From assembly GCA_047495785.1 (NCBI GenBank), contig JBLDXI010000042.1, positions 4,836,001-4,900,000 on the forward strand: DNA of 64,000 nucleotides, given 5' to 3'. A program made the translations under genes and the position numbers. Numbering within the stretch: the stretch's first letter is position 1; each line of letters begins with the position of its first letter. The DNA is from Lepidodermella squamata. Lineage: Eukaryota > Animalia > Gastrotricha. The notes under the pieces are model-generated. The model was given only the letters and a program-made list of their open reading frames with translations, was not told the DNA's origin and made no database searches. Below, one piece after another: positions 1 through 10,182 of the stretch.

Positions 1-2340
1 TCTTCATTTTATCAAGCTATCTTGAATTGGCCGATACATTTGAAATTCCACTCAATATGACTAGTGCGGCAGAGCAGAATGTCTCTTTAGCCAGTCCAAT
101 GCCCCAATATATCGCAGCAGCAAATTACTCTGAAAGTGCTGCTATAAACAAGACAATAGTCACAATAGTGGGATCTGTATCATACGCTGGTGAAATGCCA
201 CTCGGTCCACTTGGTACGAAGACGATTGAACTAGCCCTCGACCGGCTGAAAACAGATAGTCAATGGAATGATCATGGGCAAGAGCTCGTGGTCGAAGCTT
301 TCGATGACGAATGCGTAGATTCAACCAACATCGAACGCATTATTTCAGAGTTTCGGAGAAGCGAGGAAGTGCCAAACCGGCTGCCTATTGTCATAAGCAT
401 GGGCTGTTCTGGGGTAGGGATGCGTACAGTCGCAGAGGTTTCGAAATTCTACAACTACGTTTCGGTAAGTTGCATCTAGATGTAACGCTTGACTGTTTCA
501 ATCATCATTTCTTTGTACAGCTGTGCTACGCTCAGACGTTTCAAGAATGGCCCGAAAATAGGCACAGATTCTCAACGCATTTCCCCTTGGCCGATCGGTT
601 TGATATGCAACATGTTGCAGTGGTTAAATTCATGGTTCAAATGCAGTGGCAGAAACTAGCAATATTGTCTGAATCTTACACTCTCTATGACCAGGTAAGA
701 TACAAGTACTGTAATTTCTAGCCTTCCAAAATATTTTTTCATTTTAGTTGGGCAGCACTCTGTTTCCACGCTTGGAAGCAGCGAACATAAGCCTGATATG
801 GCTGAGAAAGTTTTCCCATGCCGGAGTCTTCGAAGAGGAGATGGAGCCTGCCCTTGACGAGCTGAAGCCTCTGGACCCTAGAATAATTCTAATGGATGCT
901 GATCGCTCGGCTGGAAAACTCTGTTGGATGCATCGGAAGGGACTGTTCGGTCCCAACCTCGTCATTTTCGTTTGGTATTGGTCTGATGTTTATCCGATTC
1001 CGTACGTACCAGACAATATGCTGGATTGGTGTACAGCCGACATGATTTACGAGGTCTGAACTCTATATTATAATTACTCAATGATACTAATGTCACACTT
1101 TCAATCAAAGGTAATGCAGAGCGTTCTATTTTTCGGTGACTCGTCACTAGTCAACATATATGGCCCAGACATTCAAGACTCGACAGGATTTTCAAACAGG
1201 CAATGGGAGGCAGATATGCACGCGAAAATCGATCGGCCGGAAGATGGCGGCTTTTATGGCCACTATCGCTACATTTACTACGACGTCGCGTTGTTTGCTG
1301 GTATGATACTTGGCGCTACTGAATCTGTACTTAGAGCCCGTAAGCCCCAGCGTTGAAATCACCTTTTTCATCAATGATCTTTCGCAATTTCTAGGGAACG
1401 ATACATTGTCTAAACGTTAAAGCTCGTGGCATTGAGAAAGATTTTCCCCCGGTTGATTCGAAGAAATGTTATGTATGTGAGCAAGGAGGATTGCGTTATT
1501 ACATTGGGATGCGCCCTAATGCTGTGCCAAGTGTTCACTCTGCCTATTGGTTCCTTGGAAACCCCTATTGAATGCACAATTATTGCGACATTAGTAGCAA
1601 TCGGCTTATCGGTTTTAAACCTTGGGTTTCTACTGAAAATCGACACTGGAAATACAGAATTAGTGGACCGAGAACCTCTCCGTCGCTCAGTTCGAAGCGG
1701 ACGTAGCGGACAAAGTGCACAAAGCCGAAAAAGCGCCCAAAGCATCGGCCGAGTCTCGATTAGACTAAGCAGGCTGAGCTCCAGAAAAGCAGTGTATGAT
1801 CTTCACTGGCGCAGAATTAGCTGCATTCACGTTGTCATTATTCAAGTACTCATCATTGTCAGTTTGTTCCTCGTCAAAACGCCGTTTGAAGTGATCCCAA
1901 CGCCAAGCGGTGTAGAGGTTGAATCTTTGAATTCTCAGATCAATCTCCAGTTTTTCTCAAGGAATTGCGCATTTTCTCTTGATAACAACCCAGCTGCCGA
2001 GGTGGTTGCTGCACTCGTTGTAGCTTCTAACTTGATGCTCATGCTTCGAACTGCAATTCTATGCTATCGAATACAACTGGTAAGAAATTGAGCATGTAGT
2101 AACAATCGAATAGTGTCTATTGTTGTTTCCTACCAGAGAAGAAAGAAAGCTGTCATTCCTAGGGAGCTGACTATAACGTGTTGGCTATTCGGTTGCATGG
2201 TTTCGTTTGCTGCTGCTTCTGGTCTCATTTGTCTTCTGATGCCGCTGAATGCTCCTCTTGTAGTCAGTTTTACTAACATTCTGCTCGTTACTACCATTTC
2301 ACTTGTCACAATTTTCACCCACTGGTGTCGCTACAATTGA
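1..2340 (+). pseudogene. Class C GPCR (GABA-B-like VFT + 7TM) copy 1, probable pseudogene; 5' end lies upstream of the window
   Basis: Exons ~<1-464, 521-694, 748-1053, 1111-1339, 1395-~2079, ~2137-2340 with GT-AG introns matching the paralogs. Exon 5 reads NDTLSKR* then jumps to the region after TM1: about 390 bp present in copy 2 (~8145-8535) are missing and a stop is created. Confidence 0.75.
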
Positions 2341-2360
2341 TACGTCACTTCACATGCTCT

Positions 2361-5260
2361 AAATATAGAATTGTCCCCAGAAATATAGGTCGAGTAGCTT
2401 TGACAATTCGATATTTTACGGTATAACATTCGTAAAACGTTCATATCTGAACTCGCCGCACTCGATTTACTGATCGCAACTCGCCTCCGGCTCGTTCCGA
2501 CTCGTAAATCTCGGGCGGCTCCGTACAGATATAAACGTTTTACTCATGTCATACCATACAAATATAACACTGTGTCTATATTTTTAACCTTGAAACACAA
2601 ATCTATATTTTTTCATACCAAATATAGATTTGAATATGAACTATATTTCTGATCTAAGTATATCTGAAATATAGATTCAGATGTATCTATATTTTTGACC
2701 TGGAAAATCTATATTTTGAATATAGATGCCAAGCCTGTCTAACAGAAAAACACAGGGATATAGTTTTCGCAACGCAATTTATTATGAAAGAAAATGGAGA
2801 AATTCAATTTTGAGAATAATTTAGACGGGGACAGCTTGGCAGGCGGGCTGACAAAATTGGCCGTAGGAATCAGAATTTCTCAGAAAACTCCGGAAAATCG
2901 GGCAGCATTTCGTCCCCGCTGTGCATGAATTCGCAGCGATTCGTGGGTCGGATCGCGCAGAAGATCATCGAACAGGTACGGTCAGCAAGTCGCCTCCATA
3001 GATCGATAGAACGCGCCGCGAACACTGAGCAGAAAATCCAGAAAATCGGACAGCATTTTGACCCAAATTCGCAGAAATCACCACCTTGAAACTTGAACTT
3101 GGAGCACTCTGCCAGCGACAGTTCCGATTCGATCACGTTGAAAACATCGACGTACCAAACACCTTTGCGACGCGCTAGTCTGAAATTGAGCCATTTTCAA
3201 CAACCAGAGATGAAATTCCGACGGACTGCTGTCGACTTTCTTTCATCGCAACCAAACGTTTCGTTCAAATCGAACCAGTTTCTTCGGATTGCAAAGGCGC
3301 ATGGTTTTCGCGAACGTTGATTTCGAAGGAACCAGGTTTCAGGGTTGATGGTTTATCGAACCATTCGGCTTCAATTGCGGCAGCTTTGCCAATCGGAGAA
3401 GAATTCTGGGAGCATTTGTTCGTGAAATTCGAGCAGAATTTCGGCCGGACAGAAAATCGACGTTCAAAACGAGACGAAATTCGAACGAATGAGAAAAATG
3501 AGCGAGAATGCCATTTTTCGATGAAATTTTAAGTTGGATTTTTTATTATATATTATTTTGCGTTGCGAAAAATATAGACACGTGTAATATTTTACGATAC
3601 AACATTCGTAGAAACCTATATTTTCGTGAAGCACTCGTATAGATCGGGTAAAACTCATTCACCTCGTGAAATCTCGTCTCCACTCGCCTGTCGGCTCGTT
3701 CCGCCTCGATTTCACTCGTTTCATTCGTTTTACTCGATCTATATTTCGTGCTTCTCTCAAATATAGATTCCTACTCATGTTATATCATACAAATATAACA
3801 CTGTGTCTATATTTTTAACCTTGAAACACAAATCTATATTTTTTCATACCTCAAATATAGATTTGAATATGAACTATATTTCTGATCTATATCTGAAATA
3901 TAGATTCAGGTGTATCTATATTTTTTACCTGGAAAATCTATATTTTGAATATAGATGCCCATTTCCAAGCCCAATACTTCCGAGGTCTTGAAACAGCTAA
4001 TTCTAACGGAAAAACACAGGGATATAGTTTTCGCAACGCAATTTATTATGAAAGAAAATGGAGAAATTCAATTTTGAGAATAATTTAGACGGGGACAGCT
4101 TGGCAGGCGGGCTGCAAAAATTGGCCGTAGGAACCAGAATTTCTCAGAAAACTCCGGAAAATCGGGCAGCATTTCGTCCCCGCTGTGCATGAATTCGCAG
4201 CGATTCGTGGGTCGGATCGCGCAGAAGATCATCGAACAGGTACGGTCAGCAAGTCGTCTCCTTAGATCGATAGAACGCGCCGGGAACACTGAGCAGAAAA
4301 TCCAGAAAATCGGACAGCATTTTGACCCCAATTCGCAGAAATCACCACCTTGAAACTTGATTGAACTTGGAGCACTCTGCCAGCGACAGTTCCGATTCGA
4401 TCACGTTGAAAACATCGACGTACCAAACACCGTTGCGACGCGCTAGTCCGAAACTGAGCCATTTTCAACAACCAGAGATGAAATTCCGACGGACTGCTTG
4501 ACCTTCTTTCATCGTTACCAAACGTGTCGTTCAAATCGAACCAGTTTCTTCGGATTGTAAAGGCGCATGGTTTTCGCGAACGTTGAACTCGAAGGAACCA
4601 GGTTTCAGGGTTGATGGTTTATCGAACCATCCGGCAGCTTTGCCAATCGGAGCAGAATTCTGGGAGCATTTGTTCGTGAAATTCGAGCAGAATTCCGGTC
4701 GGACAGAAAATCGACTTTCAAAACGAGACGAAATTCGAACGAATGAGAAAAATGAGCGAGAATGAATAGAAAGCCATTTTTCGATGAAATTTTAAGTTGG
4801 ATTTTTTATTATTTATTATTTTGCGTTGCGAAAAATATAGACACCGTGTAATATTTTACGATACAACATTCGTAGAAACCTATATTTTCGTGAAGCACTC
4901 GTATAGATCTCGTAAAACTCATTCACCTCGTGAAATCTCGTCTCCACTCGCCTGTCGGCTCGTTCCGCCTCGATTTCACTCGTTTCATTCGTTTTACTCG
5001 ATCTATATTTCGTGCTTCTCTCAAATATAGATTCCTACTCATGTTATATCATACAAATATAGAATTGTCGCCAAAAATATAGGTCGAGTCGCTATGACAA
5101 TTCGATATTTTACGGTATAACATTCGTAAATCGTTCATATCTGAACTCGCCGCACTCGATTTACTGATCGCAACTCGCCTCCGGCTCGTTCCGACTCGTA
5201 AATCTCGGGCGGCTCCGTACAGATATAAACGTTTTGCTCATGTCATACCATACAAATATA
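2361..5260. repeat. Array of hairpin-containing modules A-C-B-C-B-A joined at AAATATA
   Basis: A = 2361-2566 and 5055-5260 (199-bp period). C+B = 2560-3797 and 3791-5061 (near-identical ~1.25-kb tandem copies). A and B are long imperfect palindromes. Confidence 0.85.
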
Positions 5261-5262
5261 TC

Positions 5263-6157
5263 CAGGGTATTATACCGACCGGTTTTTATTCTAAAAAAAC
5301 CGCCTACCAGTTTAAACCGATTTATACCGGTAATAAACACCGGTTTTTAATGAATTTCAATAATTAAAGGATCTGACCATTGGAGAGTCGAACAACTCGA
5401 ATACCTTAGCTTCCATTGAATTTTCGAGTGTACCACGTTAATGTACGCAAAAAACTGCATAGTTGGATGTGTTACACGACTATTTTCATGAAAATTCGAT
5501 TAAATGCAATAAAGCGATAAAAAATAAAAAAACAGTTAATTATCTCCAGATCTGTGATAGCTATGAAAATTCTGAAAACGGGAATGAGTTCCCCGTGCAA
5601 ACTTTACCCCTCCGGGGTTTCTAAGGGGGATTTTGCGATCAAAAGCCGCGGTTTTGCCGATTCCTTTGAAAAATTTTTTTTTACAATTTTCCTATCACCA
5701 ATTAAAAACCGGAAGTGAATTTTGATTTTGCGATGTTTTCGTTAGTTTTGCGAATTATGTAGAGATATTTGAGTACTAAGGGTAATCCGAGGCGCTGAAC
5801 ACGCTGAGCGCATTTGTTTTCACACTGGAAGCATCGGTTATCGAATATCGATTATCGATTATACGGTGAATGATTGATTTTTGTTCGAATTCTGCCGAAT
5901 CTTACTTGGCAAATGAACCTTCACGCTAAGAATCAAAGCTGATTATCATAACTAATGCAACTCCTGATCTTGTAGCTCAACTTTTTGCCAACACTTTGAA
6001 CTAGGAAGACATACTCCTGCTGATGTCTTACCATCTAACCGTCGGATTTGTGGGTTTACTTAAAACCGCGGTTTTTATTGAACTTGAAAAAAACCGGTTT
6101 ATACCGGCACCGGTGTAAACTGGTAGGAACTGGTTTGAGTTTAAACCGAATACCCTG
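5263..6157. mobile_element. hAT-type non-autonomous element (MITE)
   Basis: TIR CAGGGTATT...AATACCCTG, subterminal AAACCGG-type repeats, perfect 8-bp TSD AATATATC (5255-5262 and 6158-6165). Confidence 0.85.
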
Positions 6158-6494
6158 AATATATCTTGAAAGCATTTTTGTATTGATGAGTATTTGAATT
6201 TTATTTTTCATTCTTTATTGGAGATTCTTGAAATAAAATGCTTGTTCATGTTTTTCACTCGAATGACATTCCACATTTAAGTTCAGAGCCCTTTCAAAAG
6301 AATATTGAGGCTAGCCATAAAGTTGCCGGTCGAATTGCCGCTAATGAGAATCATTAGGCTTTACGTTGCGTAGCCAACCAATCCGTGAGAAATTGGCAGC
6401 TAATGAATTGATCAGTTTTAGTTGCCCTAAATATATTCATCTCCGCGGCTTCTTAAACTTTTCCTTTCAACCAAAACTAATGCGGAGCGAATTT

Positions 6495-9440
6495 ATGGAT
6501 AAGACTATTTTCCATTTAGCTTTGATGGCTTTTATTCCCTTTGTTGATTCTTCCTCTGAATTCAGAATTTCTGTCAATTTGACTAGTGCGGCCATGCAGA
6601 ATGTCACCTTGACTAGTCCAATGCCGAAGTACATTTTCGCGGCAAATTACTCGGAAAATTCCTCGAGTAAAAAGACGATTGCTAGCATCGTAGGCAGTGT
6701 AACATACGGGGGTGAAATGCCGCTCGGTCCGCTCGGCACAAAGGCTATGGAGCTAGCCCTGGATCGACTGCAGGCTGCAAACCTAGGAGCTAATGCTTAC
6801 GAGCTTGCAATCGAAGCGTTCGATGATGAATGCGTTGATTCCACCAACGTCTATCGAATTGTTAACGAATTGCGAAGAAGCGAAGAGGTTTCTAATCGAC
6901 TACCCCTGATTATCAGCATAGGTTGTTCTGGCGTGGGAATGCGGACTCTTGCTGAAGTTGCCAAGTTTTTCAATTACGTCTCGGTAATATGCAAAATCGG
7001 AAAATGGTTGTTTCATTCGTGCATTTCTGAATTTAGCTAACTTATATCCAGACTTTCCGCGAATTGCCAGAAAATCGTCCCCGGTTTCCAACGCATTTCC
7101 CGTTGAGCGATCGTTTCGACGTGGCTCATGTAGCCATTGTCCGACTCATGAAGGAAATGAAATGGCGGCGTCTTGCAACATTGTCTGAATCTTACGCACT
7201 TTACGATCAGGTAAGAACAAACTTTATATTTGTATGATAATAGCACGAGTAAAGAGTCTATATCTGAACGGAGCCGGCCGAGATTTACGAATCGGAACGA
7301 GTCGAAGACGAGTGGAGATGAGTAAATCGAGTACGGCGAGTTCAGATATAAACGATTTACGAGTGCTGTATCAAAAAATATTGCATGAGCACATCTACTA
7401 ACACTATATTTTTGAAACGAATGCTATATTTTATTGGAAAAATTATCATCTAATGTTGCTTGCGCTACGGCAACTTCTATAGCTTGGTAGCACCCTCTTT
7501 CCACGCCTGGAAGCTGCGAACATAAGCCTGATATGGCTGAGAAAGTTTTCCCACGCCGGAGTCTTTGAGGAGGAGATGGAGCCTGCCCTTGACGAGCTGA
7601 AGCCTCTGGACCCTAGAATAATTTTATTGGATGCTGATCGCTCGGCTGGTAAACTCTGCTGGATGCATCGGAAGGGACTATTCGGTCCCAATCTCGTCAT
7701 TTTCGTGTGGTACTGGTCTGATGTTTATCCGATTCCGTACGTACCCGACAATATGCTTGATTGGTGTACAACTGATATGATTTACGAGGTCTGTTAAGTC
7801 CCTTATAATTACTCACTCATAATATTACTCTTTCAAAGGTAATGCAAAGTGTCATATTCTTCGGCGATACGTCTTTCGTTGACATTTACGGTGCGAATAT
7901 TCGAGACTCAACAGGGATATCTTACTCGGAGTGGGAGGCAGAGATGCATCTGAAAATCGATCGACCCGAGGATGGCGGATTCTGGAGCTACTACCGATTC
8001 ACAAATTACGATGTTGCCCTCTTCGCTGGTATGGTTTTAGGGGCCGCTGAAACAGCACTCCAAGCTCGTGAGCTTCAACATTTTTCATATTACGTTTTAG
8101 CATTATTGTCCATCCCTAATGCCAGATAACGATACACTGTCTAACTGGTATACTGATACTCCCAGATTCCGCGATAATGGCTCTTATTTTGTGGGAGTAG
8201 TTAGCGATGCAGTAATCGCGGCTAAAGTTAACGGCTTCAAAGGTTATTACGACTTTGACAGCGCTTCACGATCGAACTCTAGAGGTTTCGTACCAATTTC
8301 TTTCACTCAGCTATTGAATAACGGCAGCAAGCTTGCCATAGTCTCAACATACCAGTCAAACGTTGATAACCTGACCGTTTTTCCTGGCCGATTTACATGG
8401 GCAACCCGAGATAGATTGGTTCCCCTTGACTCAAAGCGAGTCTTAATTGTGGAATCGCCAATGATTGATACTGCCAGTAATACTGCGCTTATCATTCTGG
8501 CAGCCCTCGTAATTGTGCTTACCTGTTTACCTATTGCGCTGATGGCGTTGGGGAAAATCTGTCCTTTTATGATTCGAGAAAACCTAAGCAATAGTAGCAA
8601 GGAGGATTGTATCATTTCACTAGGAAACGCTGTAATGCTGTGTCAAGTTTTAGCTCTGCCGAGTAATTCCTTGAAAACACCTGGCGAGTGCACAGCTATG
8701 GCGACACTGGTAGCTGTTGGCTTGTCAGTTTTAATTCTGGGATTCTTACTGAAAATTGCCACAGGGAATGCAGATTTGGTGGACGTGGTAGAGCCTACCC
8801 GCCGGTCTGCTCGGAGCAGGCTAAGTAATGCTAGAGTATCGGTGAGAGTAAGCCGACTGAGCGTCCTGAACACTTCAAATGACTACGCATGCCGAAAAAC
8901 AAGCTTATTCGTTCTGTGTTTGATCGTTCAAGTAGTAGTTATTATCAGTTTGATCTTCATAGAAACTCCGTTTGAAGTAATCACTCCTGTGATAGGCCTA
9001 GAGGTTGAACCACTGAATTCCCAAGTCAACCTTCAGTATTTTACAAGGGCTTGTACTTTTTCACTGGACAACAACCCGGCCGCGGTGGTAATTGCGAGCC
9101 TGGTTGTCTTGTCCAACTTGATGATTATTTTACAAACCGCAATTTTATGCTATCGAGTGCAGATGGTGAGTCTCATTAGATTTGGCAGCACGCGTTTTAT
9201 GCTCATATTGTTTTTGCCGCCGAACAGAGAAAAACCAAGGCTGTCATCCCGCGAGATCTAAATGTGACTTGCTGGCTGTTCGGCTGCTCGGTGACGCTTG
9301 TCGGTGGTACTGGGCTGGTTTGTCTTTTGATGCCAATGAAGGCTCCTCTCGTCGTCAGTGGCGCAAACATTATTCTCGTGGCTACTATCGCAATATCCGC
9401 TATGCTAAAACTGAAAATGCAGATCTCGAATAATTATTGA
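6495..9440 (+). CDS. Class C GPCR (GABA-B-like: Venus flytrap domain + 7TM, no Cys-rich domain), copy 2, apparently intact
   Basis: Exons 6495-6983, 7037-7210, 7483-7788, 7839-8067, 8126-9165, 9228-9440, all phase-compatible. Signal peptide; DDEC and GCSGVGMRTLAEVAKFFNYVS motifs resemble the GABA-B VFT 'D..C...GCS.V...VAE' region; seven hydrophobic segments with TM3 Cys and ECL2 Cys. Confidence 0.75.
7225..7431 (-). mobile_element. Solo, diverged, inverted copy of hairpin module A in intron 2 of GPCR copy 2
   Basis: Reverse-complement homology to 2361-2566; TATATTT at both ends (7225-7231, 7425-7431; 200-bp period). This intron is 272 bp versus 52-53 bp in copies 1 and 4. Confidence 0.8.
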
Positions 9441-10182
9441 CACTATATTAACATGATTGGACCGATTTTAAATACATGTTTATGAATTTAGAATTTAAGT
9501 ATTGTATTTTTTGCAAAAAATTCAGGGCTTCCCAACCAGGCGATGCGGCACCTTAAAGCTGAATTATATAATTCACTGGAATATACGCATTCTGGATAGC
9601 TCAAATAGCGGCGAGCGCGGCGTAGTTGTGTAGTGGCAAAACAAAAAGCACCGCGATAGCGCCTATTTCAGAATATTTGCGAACCATAAAAGGCGCATCT
9701 TGCCACGCTAGACCTCATTAAGCGTGAAGTATCACAAGTATCAAGTATCAACCGGTGCGTCACTTCCGCATCTGGTGTCACCAATCCGCTTGAGCAAAAG
9801 AATCGCAGCAGGTTTACCTATGAGTGCCATGAGACTTCCGGTGCATCACAAATTGTTCTACCTTCGGAAGTGATGGTAGATCAAGTCAACTACAGCACCA
9901 CGCTGCGATCTGAGAAGCTCGAAATGAATGCTTAATTTTTCGTTGAGTATCAGCCAGTGACATTTTACACGTAAAACTTAGCCGTAAGCAATGACCATAT
10001 CGAACTCAGAACCTGCAATTGAATACTTGACCAGGTAATCGACACGATGATACCTGCGTCTAATCTGTTCCCGCTTCGAGAGCTGAAGGCGAAAATCTAC
10101 CGCCCTCTGATCATATGGTCTGAAGATTTTTATATTAAATCTACTTTCCAGCAAATTGTAGGGAAAATATTATCAATCTTTC

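Noticed and set aside
2870-5030. Duplicated short ORFs (e.g. MISKEPGFRVDG..., MGSKCCPIFW...) in the repeat array
   Set aside because: Frames differ between the two copies because of indels; no domain or splice structure; by-products of the repeat.
2361-5260. LTR retroelement or CRISPR reading of the direct repeats
   Set aside because: No TG...CA ends, PBS, PPT or gag/pol; no short regular repeat-spacer pattern; eukaryotic context.
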